Of a stretch of 64,000 nucleotides of DNA, positions 26,822 through 35,820 are shown one piece after another (within the stretch, counting starts at the first letter, position 1; every line of letters begins with the position of its first letter). Location of the stretch: assembly GCA_934772525.1 (NCBI GenBank), contig CAKVMI010000001.1, positions 182,613 to 246,612 of the forward strand, read 5' to 3'. This DNA comes from an uncultured Clostridia bacterium. Its GTDB lineage: Bacteria; Bacillota; Clostridia; Christensenellales; UBA1242. The notes beneath the pieces are model-generated. The model did not search any database, was not told the DNA's origin, and was given only the letters and a program-made list of their open reading frames with translations. Both the position numbers and the translations under genes were made by a program.

Positions 26822-27988
26822 ATGCAAACAAAAGAAATTTTAATAAAACATTTTGATTGGACGGAACAAGAAGTAATTGACAAAGCTAAAAAATTGGATT
26901 TTATTTTTAGTGAATTGTCTGAAAATGCCGTGCTTGAATTAACGCAGTTTTTTTGTGATGAATTTAAGCTGAGTGAGGATAAATTTAAAAAAATATTAAA
27001 GAAGATGCCTTCGTTATTAAATTTTACAATAGAAGGTATTAAGAAAAAAGAACAGTTTTATGAAAGTGTATATAGTATGAAACGTGAGCAGGTTAACAAG
27101 ATGGTTAAGGTGTTTCCTAGGATTTTAGGTTTATCTACCCAAAGCGTACTAGATAAGGAAAATTTTTACAAAAGTGAATTTAGAGTGACTCATGATGATT
27201 TTTGTAAGATGATAAGGTTGTCTCCTGCACTTCTAAGTTACGATACCGATAGTGTGCAAGAAAAGACGAAATTTTATGAAAGTATATTTGGCATTACCAG
27301 TATAGAATTTGGTAAGATGATGAAGGTGCATCCTGCGTTTTTAGGTTACTCTACAGATAGTGTTCAAGAAAAGGCTAAATTCTATGAAGATACATTTGGC
27401 ATTATCAGTACAGAATTTGGTAAGATGATAAAGGTGTTTCCTGCACTTCTAAGTTACGCTACCGATAGTGTGCAAGAAAAGGCGGATTTTTATGAAAGTA
27501 TATTTGGCATTACCAGTACAGAATTTGGTGAGATGATAAAGAAAGTTCCTGCATTGTTGGGTCGATCAATAGAGAGTGTACAAGAAAAAGTTAGAGAAAT
27601 CAAAGATATAAAAATCCCATCACAAGTAATAGTACAAAACCCAAGTATTTTAGCGGTTCCTAAAAACACCCTAAAACTAAGATATGTAATTTTAAGAAAT
27701 ATAGCAACAAGAGAAGAAATATTTTCATATCCTAATTGGTATATGACTAGTCAAGACAAAACATATGCAAGGGCATGTTATCTATCAGAGACGGGGAAAA
27801 AGCTTAACTGGAAAACTGTTTTGTATTCAGAAAAATTGTTTGGTAAGATGTGTGGTGTATCGAGCGATGAATTAATGGCAAAATACAAATTAACAGCTGG
27901 AAAATTTGAAAAATTAAGATCGGTCTTAGAGAAAGACGAAATAGTAGATTTTAACGATGATGAAAAAGGCGGTATAGAAGAAAAATGA
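26822..27988 (+). CDS. mTERF-like helical-repeat protein, short paralog (388 aa)
   Basis: Built from 36-aa units such as KMIKVFPALLSYATDSVQEKADFYESIFGITSTEFG. Its stop overlaps the start of the next paralog (ATGA). Confidence 0.5.
   Translation: MQTKEILIKHFDWTEQEVIDKAKKLDFIFSELSENAVLELTQFFCDEFKLSEDKFKKILKKMPSLLNFTIEGIKKKEQFYESVYSMKREQVNKMVKVFPRILGLSTQSVLDKENFYKSEFRVTHDDFCKMIRLSPALLSYDTDSVQEKTKFYESIFGITSIEFGKMMKVHPAFLGYSTDSVQEKAKFYEDTFGIISTEFGKMIKVFPALLSYATDSVQEKADFYESIFGITSTEFGEMIKKVPALLGRSIESVQEKVREIKDIKIPSQVIVQNPSILAVPKNTLKLRYVILRNIATREEIFSYPNWYMTSQDKTYARACYLSETGKKLNWKTVLYSEKLFGKMCGVSSDELMAKYKLTAGKFEKLRSVLEKDEIVDFNDDEKGGIEEK
27206..27600 (+). repeat. 3.5 tandem copies of a 108-bp coding repeat (36-aa unit)
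   Basis: Direct comparison of consecutive 108-bp blocks and their translations. Confidence 0.8.
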
Positions 27989-29463
27989 AGATAGAAAAAA
28001 TTTTAATAAAATATTTTGATTGGACGGAACAGGAAATACTTGACAAAGCTAAAAAATTGGATTTTATTTTTAGTGAATTGTCTGAAAATGCCGCGCTTGA
28101 ATTAATGCAGTTTTTTTGTGGTGAATTTCAGCTGAGTGAGGATGAATTTAAAAAAATATTAAAGAAGATGCCTTCGTTATTAAATTTTACAATAGAAGGT
28201 ATTAAGAAAAAAGAACAGTTTTATGAAAGTGTATATAGTATGAAACGTGAGCAGGTTAACAAGATGGTTAAGGTGTTTCCTAGGATTTTAGGTTTATCTA
28301 CCCAAAGCGTACTAGATAAGGAAAATTTTTACAAAAGTGAATTTAGAGTGACTCATGATGATTTTTGTAAGATGATAAAGGTGTTTCCTGTGCTTCTAGG
28401 TCTCTCTACCGATAGTTTGCAAGAAAAGGCAAAATTTTACGAAAGTACGTTTGGTATTATCCGTACAGAATTCGGTAAGATGATAAAGGTGTTTCCTTCG
28501 TTCCAAGGATTATCTACCGATAGTGTGCAAGAAAAGGCGAAATTTTATGAAGATACATTTGGTATTACCCGTACAGAATATGGTAGGATGATGAAGGTTC
28601 ATCCTGCGTTCCAAGGTCTATCTGCCGATAGTGTGCAAGAAAAGGCGAAATTTTATGAGGATACGTTTGGTATTACACGCACAGAATTCGGAAAGATGAT
28701 AAAGAAGTTTCCTATGCTTATAGGTCTATCTACTGACAGTGCGCAAGAAAAGGCAAAATTTTATGAAGATACATTTGGTATTACAAGTATGGAATTTGGT
28801 AGGATGATGAAGGTGCATCCTGCGTCCCAATGTCTATCTGCCGATAAAGTGCAAGAAAAGGCGAAATTTTATGAAGATACATTTGGTATTACACGCACAG
28901 AATTTGGTAGAATGCTGAAGGTGCATCCTGCACTTTTAAGTCCCGCTACCGATAGTGTGCAAGAAAAGGCAAAATTTTACGAAAGCACGTTTGGTATTAC
29001 CCGTACAGAATTTGGTAAGATGATAAAGAAGTCTCCTACATTGTTGGGACTATCAATAGATAGTGTACAAGAAAAAGTTAGACAAATTAAAGATATAAAA
29101 ATCCCATCACAAGTCATAGTACAAAACCCAAGTATTTTAACGGTTCCTAAAAACACCCTAAAACTAAGATATATAATTTTAAGAAATATAGCAACAAGAG
29201 AAGAAATATTTTCATATCATAATTGGTATATGATTAGTCAAGACAAAACATATGCAAGAACATGTTATCTATCAGAGACGGGGAAAAAGTTTAACTGGAA
29301 AACTGTTTTGTATTCAGAAAAAGTGTTTGGTAAGATGTGTGGTGTATCGAGCGATGAATTAATGGCAAAATACAAATTAACAGCTGGAAAAATTGAAAAA
29401 TTAAGATCGGTCTTAGAAAAAGACGAAATAGTAGATTTTAACGATGATGAAAAAAATAATTAG
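27985..29463 (+). CDS. mTERF-like helical-repeat protein, long paralog (492 aa)
   Basis: Same N- and C-terminal regions as the upstream gene, but about 6.5 copies of the 36-aa unit (KMIKVFPSFQGLSTDSVQEKAKFYEDTFGITRTEYG and similar). Confidence 0.5.
   Translation: MKIEKILIKYFDWTEQEILDKAKKLDFIFSELSENAALELMQFFCGEFQLSEDEFKKILKKMPSLLNFTIEGIKKKEQFYESVYSMKREQVNKMVKVFPRILGLSTQSVLDKENFYKSEFRVTHDDFCKMIKVFPVLLGLSTDSLQEKAKFYESTFGIIRTEFGKMIKVFPSFQGLSTDSVQEKAKFYEDTFGITRTEYGRMMKVHPAFQGLSADSVQEKAKFYEDTFGITRTEFGKMIKKFPMLIGLSTDSAQEKAKFYEDTFGITSMEFGRMMKVHPASQCLSADKVQEKAKFYEDTFGITRTEFGRMLKVHPALLSPATDSVQEKAKFYESTFGITRTEFGKMIKKSPTLLGLSIDSVQEKVRQIKDIKIPSQVIVQNPSILTVPKNTLKLRYIILRNIATREEIFSYHNWYMISQDKTYARTCYLSETGKKFNWKTVLYSEKVFGKMCGVSSDELMAKYKLTAGKIEKLRSVLEKDEIVDFNDDEKNN
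28369..29090 (+). repeat. 6.5 tandem copies of the 108-bp coding repeat
   Basis: Direct comparison of consecutive 108-bp blocks. Confidence 0.8.
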
Positions 29464-29483
29464 TTTAGGTTAAGGATAAGAGA

Positions 29484-29777
29484 ATGGATAAAAAAATAAT
29501 AGATTTTATTAAAAGTTATAATATTACAGATTTAGAAATAGAAGACATGAAGTCTATTTCTGTATTGCTAGATGTTACAACATTTGAAGAATTTATGACG
29601 AATGCTTTATTGTTAATTGAATACGGTTACCCAAAGTCAGATTTGGATGTTCTTTTGCTTAATAATCCGTATATATTTACAGAATCTGCAAGTGTGCTAA
29701 AATCTGATCTTGAGAGTTTAAAAAGTAAATACGGGGATATAGAAGAGATTTTAAAAGAAGACCCAACAATTATCTAA
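29484..29777 (+). CDS. small mTERF-like protein (97 aa)
   Basis: AAGGA RBS. LLLNNPYIFTESASVLKSDLESLKSKYG repeats the P-x-I/L-x-x-x-S...L-x-x-K pattern of the neighbours. Confidence 0.4.
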   Translation: MDKKIIDFIKSYNITDLEIEDMKSISVLLDVTTFEEFMTNALLLIEYGYPKSDLDVLLLNNPYIFTESASVLKSDLESLKSKYGDIEEILKEDPTII

Positions 29778-30071
29778 GTTTAAGTGATAATTTGTTCTAT
29801 GCCCTAAATTTAGTTAATTAACAAAAATAGTGTAATAGCATAAAGCGGGAATAGATTAATAAACTAATAAGGCTAGGATAGTTTTATTTAAAAATTTTTG
29901 TATGGCACAACATAAATTTATAAGCCAAACTATTTGTGCCAAACTCTTTGTGTGTTGGATAAATTGTGTGTGTGTAAAGAAAATAGGGAGAGTTACCTTT
30001 ACAGTTTAACCGTGCCTTTGGCGTAGAAAAATTAGTAAATGAAAATTTTAAAATTAATCTATAAAAAATGC

Positions 30072-30101
30072 TTGACAAAGGAAACGCAGTAGTGATAATA
30101 T
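30072..30101 (+). promoter_or_regulatory. sigma-70-type promoter of the Rrf2-nifS-nifU operon
   Basis: TTGACA (30072-30077), 18-nt spacer, TGa-TAATAT (30096-30101). Confidence 0.6.
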
Positions 30102-30145
30102 ATAAACCATACTTAATTGGTATGAATTAATTTTAAGGAGTTAAG

Positions 30146-30535
30146 ATGAAGATTTCTTCTAGGGGTAGATATGCTGTTAGGGTAATGGTTGAATTGAAAA
30201 ATTCAAGCCCAAAAGTTATGACGGTTCCAGAAATTTCTAAAAATCAAGGTATTACTGTAAAGTATCTTGAAAAAGTAGTGGGGTTACTCACAAAGGCGGG
30301 ACTGGTTGAATCTACTCGTGGAGTGGCTGGCGGTTACAAATTGAAAAAAGATCCAGCAGACTACACAATAGCAGAAATTTTGCGGGCAACGGACGATCTT
30401 CCAGAACTTGCACCTTGCATGGAACAAAATGTAGTTTGTGATAAAATGCAAACTTGCAAAAGTAGGGGTTGTTGGGAAAGGTTGAACGAACTAATTGTAA
30501 ACTACCTAAATAGTGTAAAACTATCCGATTTATAA
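30146..30535 (+). CDS. Rrf2-family transcriptional regulator (IscR/CymR-like)
   Basis: MKISSRGRYAVRVMVEL N-terminus, wHTH, and a C-terminal Cys cluster (CMEQNVVCDKMQTCKSRGC). Heads the Fe-S operon. Confidence 0.8.
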   Translation: MKISSRGRYAVRVMVELKNSSPKVMTVPEISKNQGITVKYLEKVVGLLTKAGLVESTRGVAGGYKLKKDPADYTIAEILRATDDLPELAPCMEQNVVCDKMQTCKSRGCWERLNELIVNYLNSVKLSDL

Positions 30536-30619
30536 TAATTTTTTAGGAGTAGATAATTTACTCCTAAAAAAATGCCATTAAAACATACCAAATCGGTAGG
30601 AGATATAAAGGAGAATATT

Positions 30620-31795
30620 ATGATTTATTTAGATAATAACGCGACAACAAAAGCTGATGAAGAAGTTGTAAAAGCGATGCTACCATATTTAACAGATAAC
30701 TATGGAAATCCATCAAGTATTTATAAAATTGGTAGAGAAAACAAAAGGGTAATTGAGTCTGTTCGTGGTACGATTGCTAAAACTTTTAACTGTTTACCTG
30801 AAGAGATTTATTTTACATCGGGTGGAACTGAGAGTGACAACACTGCAATTCGTGGTATTGCGTACGCCTATAAAAATAAGGGGAATCACATAATTACATC
30901 AAAAATTGAACACCCAGCAGTTCTTGATACCTTACATAAACTAGAGAAAGAAGGTTTTGAAGTAACTTATGTTGGTGTAGATAGTGAAGGTATAATAAAT
31001 TTGGATGAATTAAAAAGTGCCATTAAGCCTACTACCACTTTAATAACCGTAATGTATGCAAATAATGAAATTGGAGTAATTGAGCCTATTGACGAAATCG
31101 GAAAAATTGCAAAAGAGAATGGTATAATTTTCCACACCGATGCAGTGCAAGCGGTGGGGTCAATTAGGATTGATGTACAAAAATCTAACATAGATAGTTT
31201 GAGTGTTTCGGCGCATAAGTTCCATGGTCCTAAAGGCGTTGGAGTGTTGTATGTAAAAAAGTCGGTTAGATTTAATAAATTTATTGAAGGTGGGCATCAA
31301 GAAAGAAATAAGCGTGCGGGCACCGAAAATGTTGCGGGAATTGTAGGTCTTGGCAAGGCGTTAGAACTAGCATACATTGACTTTGATGAGAAAAACGCAA
31401 AAATTAAAGCACTCCGTGACCATTTTATGACGGAAATACTTACTAAAATTCCGTACACAAGGTTAAATGGAAGCATTGAACATAGGCTTGTTGGCAACTG
31501 CAATATTTCATTCAAGTTTATTGAAGGTGAAGGTATATTATTAAATTTGGATAACCTTGGCATTTGTGCGTCATCGGGTAGTGCTTGTACATCGGGTTCA
31601 TTAGATCCATCGCACGTACTACTTGCAATAGGGCTAGACCACGCAACGGCACATGGGTCGGTTAGAATTTCTATAAGTAAGTACAACACTTTAGAAGAAA
31701 TTGACTATGTAATTAATGCGTTAATTGAAATTGTGGCAAGGCTTAGAAGTATGTCACCACTATATGAAGAATTTTTGGAAGGAGAAAATAAGTAA
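30620..31795 (+). CDS. nifS: cysteine desulfurase (NifS/IscS class)
   Basis: AAGGAG RBS then ATG 30620 (MIYLDNNATT). PLP-lysine motif SVSAHKFHGPKG. Active-site loop SSGSACTSG. Confidence 0.9.
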   Translation: MIYLDNNATTKADEEVVKAMLPYLTDNYGNPSSIYKIGRENKRVIESVRGTIAKTFNCLPEEIYFTSGGTESDNTAIRGIAYAYKNKGNHIITSKIEHPAVLDTLHKLEKEGFEVTYVGVDSEGIINLDELKSAIKPTTTLITVMYANNEIGVIEPIDEIGKIAKENGIIFHTDAVQAVGSIRIDVQKSNIDSLSVSAHKFHGPKGVGVLYVKKSVRFNKFIEGGHQERNKRAGTENVAGIVGLGKALELAYIDFDEKNAKIKALRDHFMTEILTKIPYTRLNGSIEHRLVGNCNISFKFIEGEGILLNLDNLGICASSGSACTSGSLDPSHVLLAIGLDHATAHGSVRISISKYNTLEEIDYVINALIEIVARLRSMSPLYEEFLEGENK

Positions 31796-32248
31796 ATGGA
31801 ATATTCAGAAATTGTTGTAGACCACTACACAAACCCTAGAAATGTTGGAAAGATTGAGAATGCTTCGGGAGTTGGTGAAGTTGGAAACCCAGTTTGTGGG
31901 GATATTATGAAAATGTACATAAAGGTTGAAGATGGTAAAATTAGTGACGTTAAGTTTAAAACCTTTGGTTGTGGTGCGGCTATTGCTAGCAGTAGCGTAA
32001 CTACCGAACTAATTAAAGGTAAAACCATTGAAGAAGCGCTGGCACTTAAAAATACCGAAGTTGTAGATAAGTTGGGTGGTCTTCCACCAGTAAAATTGCA
32101 CTGCTCGGTGCTTGCAGAAGAAGCAATTCATAGTGCCATTGCGGATTATTTTAAAAAGCAAGGTAAGTTAAGTGATGAAGAAATTGCAAAGATTTGCGAA
32201 ATTAAGGGTTGCTCTAGTTGTGAAATTAAAAAAGAAAATGCTAAGTAA
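31796..32248 (+). CDS. nifU: Fe-S cluster assembly scaffold (NifU/IscU-type)
   Basis: GNPVCGD, FKTFGCGAAIASS and LHCSVLAEEA motifs. Starts 1 nt after the nifS stop. Confidence 0.9.
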   Translation: MEYSEIVVDHYTNPRNVGKIENASGVGEVGNPVCGDIMKMYIKVEDGKISDVKFKTFGCGAAIASSSVTTELIKGKTIEEALALKNTEVVDKLGGLPPVKLHCSVLAEEAIHSAIADYFKKQGKLSDEEIAKICEIKGCSSCEIKKENAK

Positions 32249-32257
32249 ATAAATTTT

Positions 32258-32286
32258 GTACCATTTTTAGTGGTACATTTTTTTTA
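32258..32286 (+). terminator. rho-independent terminator
   Basis: GTACCA (32258-32263) / TGGTAC (32271-32276), then T8. Confidence 0.75.
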
Positions 32287-32421
32287 GTTTTGTTGACAGG
32301 CGAAGTTGGTCGTTGTATACTAAAATAAATTCATTAAACACAATAAAAAAACTTAATGCATTTGCAATACAATATATAATGAAAAATAATTAATATATTT
32401 AAAAGTTTTTTAGGAGCGGAA

Positions 32422-33312
32422 ATGGGATTTTTTGGTGATATAAATACATTTTTTAAGTGGCGTAAATATAAAAAGCAGGTAGATTCTACAAAGAGTCAAG
32501 AGTCTACAACCCTTCAAAACAGTTTTGAAGAATTGGGAAAAATTGAAGGGGATAGGTTGACTCGAAAGAGAGGAAAACACGAGCCAGAAAAGAACTACAC
32601 AAAAGAAGAATGGCTTGAAAAGGTGCGACTTAGAGAAGAACTGCATTTAAAAGAAGCTCAAGAAAAGCAAAAACAAGAAGAAACGGACGCTATTAACGAA
32701 CTTAAAAAGAGTACTTATCAGATAGAAAATTCTAAACTTGTAAAATTGGCTGAATATAGGTTGAAAGGTAAAAATGAAATAGAACGCCGAACTAAACTTG
32801 CTTCATTTAACAGTAAAATGGAAATGGCAGATGAAGTGGTGGAGTCGGGGCTTTACAGAATTTATAAGTTGCACGAATGGTTAAAAAAGACGGATGCAAC
32901 GAAACTTTCAGCGGAAAATATTGGTTTGTTAAATCAAAAAAGTGCAAGTAGCGGGAAGAATTTCTATTTTGATAGTTTTAAATTTGTATCTACTGGACTA
33001 TATGACCAAAATGCAGTGCTTGAGTGTTTTGTTTGTGACCATGACGGAGTAAAGTCTGCAGACAGAATGGCGTGTATACCTCTAGATGTTTACTCATTTT
33101 GTAAGTGTATAGAACATTCTAGTTTTAGTTTGGTAGAAAAAATCGCAAAAGGTGTAAATGAAACGGGGTGTTGTCCTATAAACTATGCGTCATACTTTGG
33201 TTGGGGAAAGAAGGAAAAGACCTTGATTGAAAATGCACTTATTACTAGAATATTGGAGATAAGGTCGGGATTGGATGGCTTAAACTATGGTGACGACGAT
33301 GAAAGATTTTAG
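32422..33312 (+). CDS. hypothetical protein, charged coiled-coil N-terminus and Cys-rich C-terminus (296 aa)
   Basis: AGGAG RBS. A TTGACA-17-TATACT promoter lies at about 32293-32321. No family recognised. Confidence 0.5.
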   Translation: MGFFGDINTFFKWRKYKKQVDSTKSQESTTLQNSFEELGKIEGDRLTRKRGKHEPEKNYTKEEWLEKVRLREELHLKEAQEKQKQEETDAINELKKSTYQIENSKLVKLAEYRLKGKNEIERRTKLASFNSKMEMADEVVESGLYRIYKLHEWLKKTDATKLSAENIGLLNQKSASSGKNFYFDSFKFVSTGLYDQNAVLECFVCDHDGVKSADRMACIPLDVYSFCKCIEHSSFSLVEKIAKGVNETGCCPINYASYFGWGKKEKTLIENALITRILEIRSGLDGLNYGDDDERF

Positions 33313-33548
33313 TGTATCTCGGCACTTACTTTTAAAATCGACTTATTAATGATTCTTATGCTGTTAGATTAAAAAGCAAATAAAAGAACAACTGAAAGCC
33401 CCTAAGGCATCATGGTTGTTTTCACTTTCTATATATAATAATAATTTAAAAAAAGAAATTTATAAACTTTTCATAAACGGGGTTTTACAAGGGTCGGCGA
33501 TATTTTTTAAATAAAATTAAATAAAATACAAAAATATTTCACAAAATG

Positions 33549-33578
33549 TTGACTTTTGTCGAAAAACTTTAATATAAT
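33549..33578 (+). promoter_or_regulatory. sigma-70-type promoter
   Basis: TTGACT (33549-33554), 18-nt spacer, TATAAT (33573-33578). Confidence 0.5.
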
Positions 33579-33693
33579 AAAAGTATGAGAAGTCAAAGTG
33601 AAAAAATTTAACCACTCATAAATTTGGGTTTTATAAACTTGAAATTTTTGAATGGTTTTTATATTCTTTTGACTAAAATAAAAGGAGAGTAAA

Positions 33694-35523
33694 ATGAGAA
33701 AAAAATTGTTATTTAGTATGGCAGTTGCAGTTGTTTTATGCTTTGCAGTAGTTACCGCTACTATTTTAACCGGTTGTGGAAATAAGTCCTCAATTAACAC
33801 TGTAAATATTTATAGCGAAACTCCAAAGTATGAAGTTGGAAACATAACTGACCATACAGCAAATCTTGAGGGGGTGGAATTTTTATATGTTCAATCTTCG
33901 GGAAATCTTGAGTCTAGCGAAGGCTCGCCTTATCTATTATTTGATAAGAATGCACCAACTATTTATAATGCTGTAGATGCATCGGATAATGGTGCGGTAG
34001 TTGTTAAAAAGATTGTAGATGGCGTACAAAAATACGGCGTGTATAGTTTTAAATTAGGAAAATTCATCTTTGAACTTAAGGAATGCACTAATTTAAAAAT
34101 TATGGCAGAAACTGAAAGCGGTGCAACTTATGTTTCATACCGCACAAATGTTGGCGAAGTAGAAAAGTACTTTGTAGAAGAATGTGGCGTTGGTATTGTA
34201 TATGAAAAAGAAGTTTCTACATTCGTTTCATTTTATGTAAAAATGTTAGGTTCCGTTGTAGATGGGAAGACAAGTTACGAAATGTGGCAAGTTTTTGAAA
34301 ACGGCGTAGCTTATTATGAACTTCATAAAATCAAGTCTGGTAAGAGAAGTCTTGTATACGAAACTCGTGTAGATGCTGGCGACCCAATTTGGCTTGGTGG
34401 TGTTAGTCCGATTGCTGAAGATAGCGAGAATTTAACACTTGAAAATATGTATACTTTTGTTGGTTACACCATACCTAATGGCGGTGCAATGAGAATTCAA
34501 GTATATAATATGAAAAAACAAAAAAATGTAGGCAGTGTAGATATATCTGTTGATGTAAATTGTCTTATTGCTATTGGCAATACTATGATTTTCCAACGTG
34601 TAATTAAACTGTCTCAAAATGCTACTAATTACGATTTTATAGATGACCGTGGAGATTTATATCTTCTAGAAACAAAAATGGTTAATTTAGTGACTGCTAA
34701 GGTTACCGAATTAAAAGACTTTAACTATGTAATTCAGTCATCTGACGAAGAGTATAACAAAGAGTATGCCGTTGTAAAAGCTTCAAAAATTGATGAAAAT
34801 AAAATGTGTAATAGCGAAGAAAGTGCCTTCTCACAAATTCAAATAAATGAAAATGGTAAGGTAAAAGAAATCGGAATTTATAATAAAGCTACAAAACTTT
34901 GTGATGATAGATTTGTGCTAGAATCTAGCGAGGATATGCACGTGCTTGTAGATGGTGACTATGATATAATCGCTGAACTTTCGGGTTTAACCGACTTAAG
35001 ATTCGAGGCGGTTGGCGAAATGATTGTTGCGAAGAATAGTGCAGGTAAGTACGGCGTTATTGATAAAGACGGCAAATGTATTGTGGACTTTAAATATAAC
35101 GATGTTTTCTGTGTTGGTAATGGTGTGGTTATGCTTTCTGAAAATAAGACAGTTGGAGAAGTTGAATCTACCCATATTTATAGCATTGATAACGAAGGTA
35201 CGGCGACCGAACTATATAGTTACAGTTCAAACGACGGTAAGGGAATGTTTAAAGGAAGCGAAATAGCGGGCTTGGTACGTGGAACTAACGCATTTGCAGT
35301 TAAAACCGTAGATAACGGAAAAAATGTTTACACTTGCTATAATGCAAAGGGCGAACAAATCGGCGTTGTAACCGATGCTGTGGATAGCGGAAACGTATTC
35401 AATATTGTAAATTATGGTAAAAATAATGAAAACATTGCATTTGTAGTAGTTGCAAATAGTGGAACTGCAAATGCAAAAATAGTTTCTATTAGCACTTGGA
35501 CAAATAACAGCTTAGAAAAGTAA
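33694..35523 (+). CDS. lipoprotein with WG-type beta repeats (609 aa)
   Basis: AAGGAG RBS. Signal peptide ending in the lipobox LTGC. GKYGVIDKDGKCIVDFKYNDV matches the WG-containing repeat pattern. Confidence 0.65.
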   Translation: MRKKLLFSMAVAVVLCFAVVTATILTGCGNKSSINTVNIYSETPKYEVGNITDHTANLEGVEFLYVQSSGNLESSEGSPYLLFDKNAPTIYNAVDASDNGAVVVKKIVDGVQKYGVYSFKLGKFIFELKECTNLKIMAETESGATYVSYRTNVGEVEKYFVEECGVGIVYEKEVSTFVSFYVKMLGSVVDGKTSYEMWQVFENGVAYYELHKIKSGKRSLVYETRVDAGDPIWLGGVSPIAEDSENLTLENMYTFVGYTIPNGGAMRIQVYNMKKQKNVGSVDISVDVNCLIAIGNTMIFQRVIKLSQNATNYDFIDDRGDLYLLETKMVNLVTAKVTELKDFNYVIQSSDEEYNKEYAVVKASKIDENKMCNSEESAFSQIQINENGKVKEIGIYNKATKLCDDRFVLESSEDMHVLVDGDYDIIAELSGLTDLRFEAVGEMIVAKNSAGKYGVIDKDGKCIVDFKYNDVFCVGNGVVMLSENKTVGEVESTHIYSIDNEGTATELYSYSSNDGKGMFKGSEIAGLVRGTNAFAVKTVDNGKNVYTCYNAKGEQIGVVTDAVDSGNVFNIVNYGKNNENIAFVVVANSGTANAKIVSISTWTNNSLEK

Positions 35524-35820
35524 TGTGAAAATTTAAAATAGTGCAATATTGTTTAATATAAAATAGAGCATATTATAAACAAAAAAGTTAATTATTAAAC
35601 CCTGAAAGGAGTATATCTTTTTGGGGTTTATTTTTTTGTGTTGATTTGGGAAATTAATGGGGTTTCAGAGTTAAAAAAATAGGGAAATAAGTGTCAGTTT
35701 AAAATGGAATTTTTTTGGGGGAGTATTTAGGTGCGAAGAAAAATTTGGATTAAACTATTAAAAGCGTTTTTTAAAATATGGTTAGTGGTGTATAATTATA
35801 ACGATTGAAGGAGAAATTTT

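Noticed and set aside
27985-27988. Possible TGA-to-Trp recoding (Mycoplasma/Spiroplasma code 4), given the AT-rich Mollicutes-like appearance.
   Set aside because: TGA clearly terminates genes at coupled ATGA junctions (27985-27988 and 12253-12256). No long ORF requires read-through, so the standard code 11 fits.
29884-30078. 64-aa minus-strand ORF between the mTERF-like islet and the Rrf2 gene.
   Set aside because: It has no RBS, it overlaps the -35 box of the isc-operon promoter, and its composition is non-coding-like.
33507-33800. 97-aa minus-strand ORF.
   Set aside because: It overlaps the promoter, RBS and signal peptide of the lipoprotein gene on the + strand, and its translation is low-complexity.
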